Positions 14,685 through 28,430 of a stretch of 64,000 nt of DNA are shown here, one piece after another. The notes under the pieces were generated by a model, which was not told the origin of the DNA, did no database searches, and worked only from the letters and a program-made list of their open reading frames with translations. Both the position numbers and the translations under genes were made by a program. Origin of the DNA: Octopus sinensis (lineage: Eukaryota); assembly GCF_006345805.1 (NCBI RefSeq), contig NC_043009.1, forward strand, positions 13,392,001 through 13,456,000. Reading direction: 5' to 3'. The first letter of the stretch is position 1; each line of letters begins with the position of its first letter.

Positions 14685-15409
14685 TATAGCTACAAAAAAA
14701 AGCCTACAGACCTCGACGTTTCATTACAATAATAGTTATCCTATGGATCAGATTACGCCCGTATGCTTTCATATATATCTGAAGAGGGACACATAAAAGC
14801 AGGGTCGGGGAAGTTAAAACGAAGTACAAGAAAATAGTCATAAATATTGCAATATATATAGCTATGGTAAAAGGTAAATGAATTAAAGAGACGGTGATGA
14901 GAGAAGTAGCTGCATTATGCATTCTTTTCAGAAGAAAATGATTACTTTCACATAATATTTTAACAGATGCTTTTCTAAAAAGAACGCCTAAAATGTGGTC
15001 ACCTTATTAAGGTCTTCTGATTTTAGTAATTGACCAAGTAATATAAGAAATATTACACTAGAGATTATTAATACTATTTGCTAATGTGGGAGATGGTTTG
15101 CGTTTGATAAGAGAAAACGGCTAGAACTGAGCTACGTAGATTTTCTTGACATCAGTGTTTGATCCAAAATGTATTTTTGTCTTATGATGTGTGAAGGGTG
15201 TTATGCCTCTATAAATGACATTACGTCGCAAACAATAACCATTAAAATGACAACAATTGCATTCATTCGTAATCACAATCACCTGTTAAATTACATTCGA
15301 CGTTAAAACTGTTATCATTCTTACGCATATTCATATTATCAATATTACTATTAACGGTAGAAATACTATTCGATTAACTTTACAATTGATATTATTGGGA
15401 ACATTCTTT

Positions 15410-15585
15410 TTCTTCTTCTTCTTCTTCTTCTTCTTCTTCTTCTTCTTCTTCTTCTTCTTCTTCTTCTTCTTCTTCTTCTTCTTCTTCTTCTTCTTCTTCT
15501 TCTCCTTCTTCTCCTTCTTCTTCTTCTTCTTCTTCTTCTGCTTCTTCTTCTGCTGCTGCTGCTTCTTCTTCTTCTTCTTCTTTTT

Positions 15586-15619
<34 letters not shown>

Positions 15620-15745
15620 AACAACAACAACAACAACTACTACTACTACTACTACCACCACCACCACCACCACCACCACCACCACTGCTGCTGCTGCTAC
15701 TACTACTACTACTACTAACTACTACTACTACTACTGCTACTACTA
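15410..15745. repeat. Compound trinucleotide array (CTT)n-(CTG)-(CTA)n-(CAA)n-(CCA)n-(CTG)n-(CTA)n
   Basis: Read directly. Confidence 0.95.
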
Positions 15746-16094
15746 AATCAGCTCTTTTAGCTTCTGTTAGCTTCTGTTGCTCTTTCAGTCTGAATCTTAA
15801 AACCCAGCATCTTATATTTCTTACTTGCTAGCACTTTACTAGGTCCATGTTGATATCGTTTAACTGTATGGCAAATCTAAGCAGTTTGCATAAATCCCAG
15901 TGATTATTCTACTTAGGTATTGTATTCCTTCTGTGCCTGCATGCTATATTCATTTACTATATGAGCAACACTTACCTCACTTGTTTTACAAAATGTGCAT
16001 GATTATTATTATTATTAGATGGCGAAATATCGTTCAACCAATTTCACATGATATGGCACTCTTCTATTTATTTGTTTATTATTTTTATTATTAT

Positions 16095-16141
<47 letters not shown>

Positions 16142-16159
16142 TTGTTGTTGTTGTTGTTG

Positions 16160-16222
<63 letters not shown>

Positions 16223-17299
16223 TTATTATTATTATCATCATCATCATTCGGTGGTCTTATTTTTATCACGAATGTTTTGCGATATTTGCTCTGTATCAAA
16301 TTCCACAAGATTCGATTTTGTGTTTCATTTACCTGGATGTCGTCATTATGAATTACCAAGCAAAAACGGGGTAAATGTATTCCACTAAATTTCTACCCTG
16401 AAATCGTTCACTTTGTGGCTGAATTAGAAGGCACTATTTTAATATAGAGACCCTGCTTCACTTTGCTCCTCTTGCAAACACACCACACATTCGCATATAA
16501 ACACACACTTACATATATTTTGTAGATTTTAGATTGGTATAATCTTCGGAAAAATCACAAAACCCAACTAGAGATTTATTATTTAGTATTAAATTATTTA
16601 TATTGAAAGGGAAACATCTAATTTACTAAGTTCATAATTATTACACTGCGAGGCACAAAGTTAATCAATCAGAATAAACATCATATACGAAGGACATATT
16701 ATTGGCAATTAAATTCTCCTTTAGCCAAATTCATACAACATTCGTAATCTTTGTGATGGCGAAAAGTATCAAGTCAGTCTGTTTTGCATTTACGTTTACT
16801 AAAATTATAGAAGGCTCCCAAAATTAGTGTTTCTATCCTCCTAAACCTCACTCTCTATTTCTGCTATCTTTCACTATAATTTTGTCTCTTTTTCAAGATT
16901 ACTGGCTTAGGTTTTATGGCGAGCAAAAGAGTAAATAAATATTATATCTGGTGATTTAATTAAGTTATAAGGTGTAATTAACGAAAGAAAATGATCATAT
17001 TTATTGGGTGAGTTCATTATAGCTAAATAGAAATCATAATATGCGTGTGTGTGTGTGTGTGTACATATATATATATATATATATATACGTATGCATGTAT
17101 TTGTATATGTGTGTGTGCGTGCGTGTGTGCATGCATATATATGTGTATATACAAACGCATGTATGTTTGTATATTTAAATATGTTGACACAAACACACAC
17201 GCACACACGCAGACACACACATATATATATATTCCCAATGAGAGGTGCGTGGGGTCGGCCATGTCAAGCTCATGTGTGCTGGCACATCCGTAGCACTGC

Positions 17300-17950
17300 T
17301 TCTAAGGTATGTATTATATGTTCAGCTTCCAGAACCTAGCTATTATTATAGCCTCCATCAACAATAAAAAGCTAGACTCCTTCTAAGAAACTAGGAAAAA
17401 TAACAATAATAACCACAACAACCAATCGACTGATATAATAAGCGATCCCCCAAATAACTGCTGTCTAAAACAACGGACAACCACCTTATAAATGATAATC
17501 CTCCACCTCATATTATAGTCACAGATAATCTTACTAATCTGTGTGGTTGCAGAGATAAAAATACTTATGAAATCATGAATAAACGTAAAACTAAGAACGT
17601 GACCTACCAATGTGATGTATTCTCCAATAATTACAAGAATACTTATATTGGAGCAACAAAAAATGAAATTAAACTTAGATATAATTCCCATCTCTCAAGC
17701 TTAAGGAATAGAAATATGGCTAACTCTACAGGGTTAAGCAGTTACATCTGGGAACTTAAAGATAATAACATTAACTATAGATTATAATGGCACAACCTAG
17801 CAAAAACAACTTCATAAGACCTTAAAAACAAACGCTGCAATTTATGAATAAATAAGAAATTTCTTATTTTAATGGTCGAATCAGAATTCCTTAATAAACG
17901 AGACGAGAAAAACTTGCATATTTACATAAAGATAAATTCTTATTCTGTAA
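17300..17950 (+). mobile_element. Penelope-like element C-terminal fragment (GIY-YIG endonuclease pseudogene)
   Basis: ORF 17575-17787 NVTYQCDV...TYIGATKNEIKLRYNSHLSSLRNRNMANSTGLSSYIWELKD is a GIY-YIG domain of PLE type. Downstream NKRCNL...FLNKRDE matches the PLE C-terminus. Confidence 0.85.
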
Positions 17951-18837
17951 ATACCGCTAATACCTACCTTACATTACTGTTTATTAGCTGACATGTGTAA
18001 CCTCTGATTATCTCCCTTTGAGCCTCCACCTTTACACATAGCACGACATAAACCACAATTATATTCAATTTTCTCCGACTAACTGAATTATTTATCTTAG
18101 ATGCACGATGCACACCCGAAGCTATCACTGACTAACATACTAATTGCTAGTGTTGCCATTAACATATATACGATTAAACGAGCGATTCTAGCCGAGTTGA
18201 TTTGTTTTAATTATACTAACTAGTAGTAAACCATGGCCATACATAGAAACACTATATTCAATTATTATATCTACTTACGTAACCCAGATTTATACCGTAT
18301 TTTGCATTAAATCTTTTAAGAGCGTCCTTAATTTTTTAACCAGGGCATTATTTGTAACCATAGGAACAAATCTAGCGGACTCAAGTCGTTATTTGTTACG
18401 ATTAATGATACTCGACATTACTACAAGGTATCTAACTCTTTCGACAAACACCGCCGGTCAACTGGTCATTTTCCCCACTCATTCTGCATCCATCTTCTTG
18501 AAGCAGCTATACACACACGTGTCATTTTTTAAGGACGCAGAACTTTAAGCTTAAAGACATGAACAACCATTTCCTTTTCCTTTTCTTTTTCTTTTTCCTT
18601 TTCTTCTCCTATCAACCATCGATCTCATGTCAATATTCCTGCGGTAAAGTTCAAGTCATTCTGGTGAGGTTTGTTACATGGAACGAGGTAAATGCAAGCT
18701 TACCTAAAAAATAACAAACTGAAACAGCTGGAAATGTTACCTTAACCATAATTAAGCTATGATCATTCAATGTTAATGATCAACAACTTCTAATTTTTAT
18801 ATATTTCTCCATTTCTTCTCTTCTCTTATATATATAT

Positions 18838-18908
<71 letters not shown>

Positions 18909-18925
18909 TGTGTGTGTGTGTATGT

Positions 18926-18965
<40 letters not shown>

Positions 18966-19019
18966 GTGTGACTGTGTGCGTGTGTGTATATGTTCATAAA
19001 TATATAGGTTCGAGATGGG

Positions 19020-20245
19020 TGCAGTTCTGACCACTCACAATCAGAACTGTTCTCGCTTCAAAGAACCGTATCATCTTAGCCAAACAGAAAAAAGTCCGAA
19101 AAATACGGAAGAAAATCAATTCTGAAATACAAACGGATTTAGTCAGATGGGTTCACTGAGAAATTCAGGGCCATCAACGACCTAATACGCAAGAATGAGA
19201 AAGCATGCAGATTGTGACAGGATGCCTTAGGCTCTGCGCACAAAAGAGCCAGATCGAGGTCCCACATAACACAAGTTTACAAGTTTAGAGGGTTATGCAT
19301 CCTATGCATAACTCATGATGGAATAAATTTTCAGCTGACTTCCTGACCAATTCTGACATAATTCTTCAACGCCATTATATTTATAAAATCAAAGTCAGGC
19401 ACATCTCCTTTGTTTTCAGTAGACGGCTCCTGGATCATCAAAAGTAAACAGTGTCAGTCCATCACCCTTCTACTGTCGACCAGTTTGTCATTGAATCATT
19501 TCCAGTGAATAAAGTGTTACAAGATTCTCAACAGGGATAGTGTTTAAGTAGGGTTGAGGGAGAGAAAAAATGCCACCCACTTCTGTGAGGTTGAATTGTT
19601 TGCCCTCTGCATAACAAAGTGTCTTGAGTAGACTGTGGAAACCACCGAGGCAATTCTCAGCTTTCCGTTAAGGACGAAATCCCGCATTGAGTTATTCTTA
19701 ATAGATTTATCACAACCCTATTTGAAGCAATGTTCTCTGAACCACAATTTCGCTTCTGGCCTAAGCGTAGAACTGTGGACATGATATTCACCGCAAGGCA
19801 AGTGCAAGAGTACACCTGTACTTTGGTGTCTTTGTTGATCTGACAGTATCTTTCGGTACAGTAAAACATTAAATTTTACGGTTCAAACTTAAAAACTTGC
19901 CAGCTCAATGAGTTTTACCATCCACACTCGCTTCTTCTACAGCGAAATCTTCATCGGTTCAAAGACTTGCACAAGAAATTTTTCTTTTCTTCAACCAAAT
20001 AATTCTGCATGCTGCTAAAGATTAGACTGGAGTGTCTGTATCAGACACCCTCTGATACGATTGCTTTCTTTATCTTGCAACGCACAAGAAATCCATCAAA
20101 AAAGTTTATCATGTAAGTATTATTTGCAGACAAATGCGGACTTTCGGTATACCAAATAAACTACGGTCAATTGTTAGCACAATCTCAGATGCACAAAAGT
20201 TGTCTGGCTTGATAATTTGTAAACAGTGAAGTGCTTCTTTAGCCT
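19020..20245 (+). mobile_element. Decayed RTE-clade LINE fragment
   Basis: MFSEPQFRFWPKRRTVDMIFTARQVQE (~19730-19810) matches the RTE RT motif ESQCGFR..RST.DMIF..RQ.QE. Confidence 0.65.
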
Positions 20246-20269
20246 GCTCCCAACTACATTCCCACTTGG

Positions 20270-20940
20270 CCCCACAATAGCGATCCGCAATCCTTTTTCA
20301 CTTGCGGTACACGTATATTCTTTTCAAAATTTGGTGGCACACCTGAACTAAAAATATAATTGGATCTTTTCAGTTTGACCGGCAGATTCAAAAAAATAAT
20401 TTCTTTGTAACTACACACTATTAAAATTCGTATACTGGTAGAATGTATCACATAAAACATCTTTTTCTCTTGGTGTTCTTGAGAAAATCCTGTAGTTTTA
20501 TAAGCTATTTCTTGTTTAATTTCTCGTATTTTGGCAATTTCAACCAATCAATGACGTCTATTGAGGTGAATACAATTACTGCTGTTCTTTGTCAACAAAT
20601 TCAACAACAACTTCCGGCGGTGTCTATTTAGTTACTTTCGAATAAATAATCGCATACCGGAAGTCAGCAAGTGTATGAGGACCCCATACACTTGCTGGCT
20701 TCCGGTATGCGGAGTTCTTGATTGGTAGCAATTACATGTGCAAGCTGTTTGCAAGGAATCTCAAGTAGCGAATTCGAGTTTAATGGTTTATTGCCACTAA
20801 GCGTATTTTCCGAACAACTTTTAAGTATACTTCTGACTTCTTTCTCAAAATTGGTCCAACTGGAACTTATACTCATTCAACTCCATTTTCTAACACATTA
20901 CCTATTATATAACAGAAGAAATACTCAACACAGTGTTTTT
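20270..20940 (-). mobile_element. hAT (Buster/SPIN-like) transposon remnant
   Basis: Minus-strand peptide NKPLNSNSLLEIPCKQ resembles the Buster IK.KPLNSRLF.ILC motif. Subterminal GGTGTGCCACC...GTACCGCAAGTGAAAAAGG is typical of hAT 3' ends. Confidence 0.55.
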
Positions 20941-21044
20941 CTATTCTTTCTTTATCTCAGCCAATAACAAGTATTAACTTTTTGCTATTTCAAAGAGCCA
21001 TTCTTTTCCTGTCATTGATATTTGCAGTGAATCTATTTACGTAC

Positions 21045-21264
21045 ATGTATGTATGTATGTAATTATGTATGTAGGTATGTAGTTATGTATGTATTATATA
21101 TGAATGTGTGTACGTACGTACCAACGTATGTATATCTGTATGTATATACGTACGTATGTATGTGTGTACATACGTGCCAACGTATGTTTGTCTGTATGTA
21201 TATATATACGTATGTATGCATATATGTATCTGTCTCTATCTTCTACTCTTTCTATCTCTCTCTC

Positions 21265-21316
<52 letters not shown>

Positions 21317-21431
21317 TATATATATATATATATCTGTAAGAACACACGCACATATATATATGTATATATCTATAGACATACAGAGATAAATATATACATT
21401 CATATATATACACATAAATACATACATATAC

Positions 21432-21466
<35 letters not shown>

Positions 21467-21558
21467 AAATATATATATATATAAATACATAAATATATGT
21501 ATATATATATGTATATATATATGTATATATATATGTATATAATATGTATATATATATG

Positions 21559-21589
<31 letters not shown>

Positions 21590-22040
21590 GTATATATGCA
21601 TACATATGTATATATATACGTACATACACATATATATACATATACCCTATAACGCACACACACACACACACAAACATACATACTCACACACACACACACA
21701 CATATATATAAACAGTTTTGCCTCTGACTCAAACTGATAATTGCCAAACAAACATAGCTATGTATATGAACCCATGAACATGTAAATATTACACACGCAC
21801 ACATACATGCCCGCCCAAAAGACATTTCCATAGATTTTATTGTCAAAATTCTATGTAAGTGTATATTGTTTATAGTTGTAGCATATATACATAAATTTAG
21901 TGTATATATATATATATTTATATATACATATATATTTATATATATATATATATACACACCCAGATATGACTGTCTGTGTGTGTGTGTATGCGTGTATATA
22001 CATATATACATAATACATATATCCATACATGCATGCATAC
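21045..22040. repeat. TA/TATG/CA-rich microsatellite field
   Basis: Read directly; source of many spurious YI/IY ORFs. Confidence 0.9.
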
Positions 22041-23414
22041 ACTTGACAGACACTAGCAGAAAACAATATGCATTGAAAAATATTAAGGAAACTTTTTTTT
22101 TTCTGTTTATTGCTCATTGAAAATTCCGACAGGTTTTATAGATTATCTGAAGAACATCCATACCAATTTGTAATTTTAATTTGAATACTAACGCATATAT
22201 GGATGCACCGACGACGACGATCATGATGATGATGACGATGATGATGATGGTAATAATATAATAATAAATAATTATTATAATATTAATAAGAATCTAACAC
22301 TGACGATAATGATAATAGTGGCAATAGCTATGCGATTATCATGATGAAGGGGTAGAAAAGAGAAGGAACTTAAAGTTTCAAGTAAAATCAAAACAAAATC
22401 AATACATAAGAGACAAATAACACGATAAACAAAAATCCACAATAATAAAATTTATTCTTTTTAAACTATTTAAAATTAACACATAAGACAGTTTTATCCT
22501 GAGACGAAACAATACCATATTTGAACGTTAAATCTAGAATTTTTGTCACGTAGTAAATATTACTGTCCAGGGTTCGATTAAGCAGTAAATCCGTATATAT
22601 TATGGAATAGCTGACGTATTTTATACCTCATCCATCACTGTATAAACTGGCCTTTGGGTTATCTGTGATGATCGCTGTTCTGAGATTGCTGCGATGCCAT
22701 ATGTCAAAAACAGCCGTTTCTTAAAAGACACTCTTCAACAATTATCGGCTCTTGAAGAACATGCATTTCGCTTCGGGTTGCTACTTGATTAATATTAATA
22801 TTTCTTAACAATCGATACGGTTTCTTACTATGATGTATTATTTTTAAGCTTATATATCAAGGGAAATTAAATATTTTCATATATTTGAATGATATGTAAT
22901 GCTAAAGGAGAAGCAGTAACACTTGGAGATATCTACACTAAACCTGTATAAGTACAAGCATACAAATATCGATACAGGCTGCATACAAATGTTTGGTCTG
23001 CAGTGTAAAAAGTTGCATGTCTTCTGTTTGCCAAAGAAGTGATCAATCAATATAAGAGTTTCTAAGTGTAAAACTTTCTGAAACATCTTCTGTATATTCT
23101 ACAGTTCCAGATAAGAAATGATTGTCGAAAAAGTTGGGAAAGTAAATGGTAGTGTTACCGGTTAGAATGTGGTATCAGCTTGCTGAATGTAAAATAGAAT
23201 ACGACGAGCGAGTTTGAATAGAAAGGATATAGATACATACGTATCTTTGTATATGTAAATGTGTATATAAGTGTAAGCATATGTATGTGTGTGTATAATT
23301 ACATATATATATATATAATATATATGTGTGTGTGTGTGTGTGTGTGGTGTGTGTGTGTGTGTCTGTGTGTGTAGTATATATATATATATATATATACTAC
23401 ACACACAGACACGT

Positions 23415-23482
<68 letters not shown>

Positions 23483-23483
<1 letters not shown>

Positions 23484-23795
23484 ACTCTTTATTCTTTTAC
23501 TTGTTTCAGTCATTTGACTGTGGCCATGCTGGAGCACCGCCTTTAATCGAGCAACTCGACCCCGGGGCTTATTCTTTTGTAAGCCGAGTACTTATTCTAT
23601 CGGTCTCTTTTGTCGAACCGCTAAGTAACGGGAACATAAACATACCAGCATCGGTTGTCAAGCAATGCTAGGGGGACAAAAACAGACACACACACACACA
23701 CTCATATATATAGTAGAAGACACTTGCCCAAGGACTGAACCCGGAACCATGTGGTTGGTAAACAAGCCACTTACCACACAGCCACTCCTGCGCCC
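23483..23795 (-). mobile_element. SINE family B, internally deleted
   Basis: Tail CTTGTTTCAGTCATTTGACTGTGGCCATGCTGGAGCACC and head CCACTCCTGCGC are present; the central segment is missing. Confidence 0.85.
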
Positions 23796-23797
23796 AC

Positions 23798-23990
<193 letters not shown>

Positions 23991-24002
23991 TATATATATA
24001 TA

Positions 24003-24166
24003 GGACGGTCTTCTTTCAGTCTCGGTATAACAAATCCGCTCACAATGCTTTGGTCGCCCCGAGGCTATAGTGAAGGTCACTTGCCCAAGGTCCCACTCAA
24101 TGAGACTGAACACGGAAACATGTGGTTCGGAAGCAAGTCTCTTACCACACAGTCATGCTTGCGCCT
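24003..24166 (-). mobile_element. SINE family B, 5' half, diverged
   Basis: Similar to the family B head and CORE-like region. Confidence 0.7.
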
Positions 24167-24205
24167 ATACATACATATATACATACATCTCTCTCTCTCT
24201 TTCTT

Positions 24206-24266
<61 letters not shown>

Positions 24267-25009
24267 TTATCTATCTATCTATATATATATATGTATGTAT
24301 GTATAGATAGATAGATAGTTAGATGTATATATATGCATAAGATGATTGATATTTATGGCTGTCTGTCTATATATATCAACATCATTTTTTTTGTTTACAT
24401 GCACAGTCACAAGCACACGCACGCGCACACATACACACACGCACACATTCACACAAACACATAGTCACACACACACAGAGGTGAGCACTCACGCACACAC
24501 GTACACACATGCACACACATACATCCCTATACACACAAACACACACACATATTGATGCCTATATATGGCTGTTTTCGTGTGTTTCAACACGTGATTATCT
24601 CTAGTTGGAGAGAATTACAATATTAAAAAACGCATTTACTATCACAAACAAAACTCTCGGACATTCATTTTATTTGTGGGGACACACACACACACACTAG
24701 CACCACCCCCCTGGTAAGAAGTAGCATTACCTTTTAGATAATTTTTCCAGAAAATTCTACTGTTACAAAACCAAATTTTTTTTTTTTGGTTCTGTTTGTT
24801 GGTGTTACTAGAATTTTGTATGAAAAGCTAACATTCCGAACGATGTTCAAAATATTAATAGTGGCATTTTTAGAATGAAGAAATCCTTGGTCAGTCATTC
24901 TTTCTTTACAATAAGTAAGGCCGATATCATGGGTGTAGATATTGAGATCAAATATTGGCACAAGACCAGCAATATCGTCGGGTGGGAAGTCCATTACGTC
25001 GACCACAGT

Positions 25010-25143
25010 GCTCGGCTAGTAATTATTTAATCGATCGCGAAAGAATGAAAGGCGAAGTTGACCTCGGTAGGATTTGAACTCAGAATCTAAAGACGCTAAG
25101 CATTTTGTCCGGTATACTGAGGATTCTGCCAGCTTACCGCCTT
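25010..25143 (-). mobile_element. SINE family A, diverged 5' half
   Basis: GAAAGAATGAAAGGCGAAGTTGACCTCGGTAGGATTTGAACTCAGAA is the reverse complement of the family A head and body. Confidence 0.7.
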
Positions 25144-25829
25144 TAGGGTGTGTGTATAAATATAATCAAGCAGAGAAATTCCATTGTTAATGCGATGCTT
25201 AGATTTGTTAGTGACCAGTAGATGTTTTTCGTGCGCTTCCTTAGTGTTGCATTTTGTTATGAATTTTGCTTTCCTCAATTATCAACTATTTCTGATTATA
25301 ATTCTGCTGAGTCCATTAATGATCTTTCCATTTAGTTTTATGGTGTCTCTTGTAGAGCATTCTAATTGTTTCTTGTTGTAAATAGATTATAAAGTTGTGA
25401 ATTTGTCTACTACACGAGACAGTTTTTATGTTTAGAACTTTCATATTTGCATACGAATTTATTAAACCCATTGTCATTCGTAGCCTGTTCGTGGGATTAC
25501 ATACTTCTGATTTGTTATTAATAAGGGACTTTTCAACTGACATGTTTTCTTGCCATATCTAATTAGAGCTGGTATTTCTTCTGGAGTTAGTAATTTTCTG
25601 TTCGGTTTACAAGGAATTTAATAATACCCTTTATTTTGCAGTCTGTATGAAATTTATACTTGGAATATATTTGTGTGGTTTGCACAATTTTCCTAGGTTT
25701 GGTGATTCACGAAGTTGTCCCTTCATATTTGTGCGTAGGCATAGGCGCGGCTACGTGGTAAGAAGTTTGCTTCTCAACCGGAGTGCAGGGATATATATAT
25801 ATATATATATTATATTATATTATATTATG

Positions 25830-25900
<71 letters not shown>

Positions 25901-25916
25901 AGCTTATAATTCGTTT

Positions 25917-26266
25917 GCAAATGAAAAAATTTCTAAAGCCAAATATTGTCCATTACCATATAATTTATCACAATACGCACGCTACTCGAAAAAAAACCGA
26001 CAGAAATTTCTAAAAAATTCCATTATTACCATATCGGACCGATTTCAGGGTTAGTTCGTAAGAACCCTCCCTTCGCCAGTGATAAATGTGGTAAAGAAAT
26101 AAGGGTATGAGTAAGTATCTCATTTATTTCTTTACCACATTTATCACTAACGAAGAAATTTCTGTCGGTTTTTTTCGAGTAGCGTGCGTATTGTGATAAA
26201 TTATATGGTAATGGACAGTATGTCCAAATTTTCGGCATATTTGGCATTAGAAATTTTTTCGTTTGC
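25917..26266. repeat. Nested fold-back inverted repeat
   Basis: Arm pairs 25917-25946/26237-26266, 25947-26011/26154-26217 and 26078-26102/26124-26148. Confidence 0.9.
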
Positions 26267-26412
26267 CCTTATTTATAAGTTGTTTATAATTTTAACCGTT
26301 AAAGGTCTTTTTGTAATATGCTGGCCATTGATAAAATTTTTTTTTTCGAGAAAAATTTTATCCTACATTAAATATATATATATATATATATAATATATAT
26401 ATATATATATAC

Positions 26413-26580
26413 ATACATGAGAGGAGACAGGATCACATGCGTTTTTAATGTAGTTAATATCTGTTACAAAGCAATGTCTTCGTAATAGAGTTATCCTATA
26501 TATATATATATATATATATAATATACATAGAGTTATCCTATATATATATATATATATTATATATATATACATAGAGTTAT

Positions 26581-26627
<47 letters not shown>

Positions 26628-26710
26628 GAGAGGAGACAGGATCACATGCGTTTTTAATGTAGTTAATATCTGTTACAAAGCAATGTCATCGTAAATAGAG
26701 TTATCCTATC
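26413..26710. repeat. Local tandem duplication of ~85 bp separated by (TA)n and CATAGAGTTATCC units
   Basis: CATACATGAGAGGAGACAGGATCACATGCG...AGAGTTATCCTAT occurs twice. Confidence 0.85.
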
Positions 26711-27089
26711 TACGCTTATATGTAGGGAAAAAGTTAGCCCATCTTAAGTGCAACCTGTTCACTCACAGCTGAGATCACATTATGCTTCTTTTTATATTAA
26801 TATCGTATCTTTTGTATACTACATGTAATCGGACCCGGATCTTTGCAATTCATGGGGTCATTTTACATCTTCCGTCTCTATCTCTTCTGTTGTGGGGATG
26901 CTTCCGTAAATCAAGACAACGTGAGGTGGACACGATACTCCTTACACGTCCAATTGTTACTCTTAAAATATATACATTCTTTTAGCATGGGTTATTTTTT
27001 CCGTTACTGTGTCTTACCGACTCCAACACCCAGCAGGCTGACGTAGTTGCTCATTTCTCATCTCGTCTGCATGGCCACTAGATAATATG

Positions 27090-28430
27090 TGTCAATACTG
27101 GTTATGGACTGGATCAATTGTCCCTCGGCTTTGTCGTGAACTTATGGAGACAAAAACATGTTGCTTACTTCTGACGCTTCCTAAGATGATCCACTTCACT
27201 GTTGATTTAAATCTGTTCGCGAAAACAGAGCTTGAAATGGTTGAGACAGTGCAAATGTCCAGTAAGGATATAAGGATGGAAATCAGTATCTCGAAGTGCT
27301 CACTTTGAAACAAAAGAAAAGAGCAGATTCTCGGAGCATAGAATTGTCAAACAGAAAGGGAATGGAAGACCCGGATGATGACGGGTACAAATACCTTGGG
27401 ATCCTATCTTACGAGAAGATATGACTGAGGAACAGAAAAACTTCGGGATAAGGTTCGAGGATATAATAGTTTCAACAACAAAGACCAAGCCGGTGAATCT
27501 AAGAAACTGCAACCGTAAAAATGTGAAACGCGCGCCCCAAAATGTTGATGAGATTCTGAAATACATTCTGAAAAAAGATCTAACGGATCCTAGGGACTTG
27601 ATTAGACCCGCTTCAATTTTAGTAGGTGAACTGTTTAAAAAAGGAAGAGAAGAAAATACACGAACAAAATGAGCCATGGTGGAAATGGAGAATTGAAGAT
27701 GATATTAAAACTTTGCGTAAAGATCTAACTCGCATAGAAAAATGGTCCAAAGGACAATGGAAGGGTGCTAAAAATGGTGCAAGGGCATACCTTGACGCAA
27801 ATACCAAGTAGAAAAGAAAGGGTTCAGAACTGTAATCGAAGCCCTAAAACATAAAGGTGAAACGCTACACTGATCCTATATCGCATTTTGAGCAAAACAT
27901 GTAATTTTCAAATAACCAGAAGCAGTTTATTAAGAGCATAGGAGGAGATACAGAAGATAATATACCTCCTGAAGCAGAGAAAACGTGCCAATTTTAGACT
28001 AACATCTGTCCTTCACAAGTTATGTGTGCATAACAACGAAGATATAATTGCACAGATATCAAAACTGCCAAGCTGGACCAGACGGAATTCAAGGCTACTG
28101 GCTCAAATGGTTTACCAAGCGAATTGCGTTGCACTTGGACAATTGCCTACACAGTGGTACGGTTCCGGTGGAGATTATAGAAGGAAAGACAACATCGTTG
28201 ATGAAAGATCGATCAAAGAGCAATGACGTTGGCTATTATCGATCCATTTCTTATCTTAATTTCGTATGGAAAGTGTTATCAGGCATCCTCGCAAGGAAAA
28301 TATATACGTTCCTTATGGAAAACAATCTACTTCCAGTAGATAAAAAGGATGCCAAAATAGATCCAAGGGCACCAAGGACTACCTTGTGATAGACAAGTTT
28401 GTAATGAAAAACTGTTTAACGGTACCAAAA
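27090..28430 (+). mobile_element. R4/Dong-type RLE LINE RT pseudogene fragments
   Basis: AGPDGIQGYWLKW...GKTTSLMKD...YYRSISYLNFVWKVLSGI (RT N-half, 28048-28389) and HFTVDLNLFAK...SKDIRMEISISKCS plus KYLG (RT C-half, 27090-27420). Confidence 0.8.

Noticed and set aside
14704-14800. Minus-strand exon candidate IYMKAYGRNLIHRITII after a long pyrimidine tract
   Set aside because: The donor site is ambiguous and the peptide is unrecognised; insufficient support.
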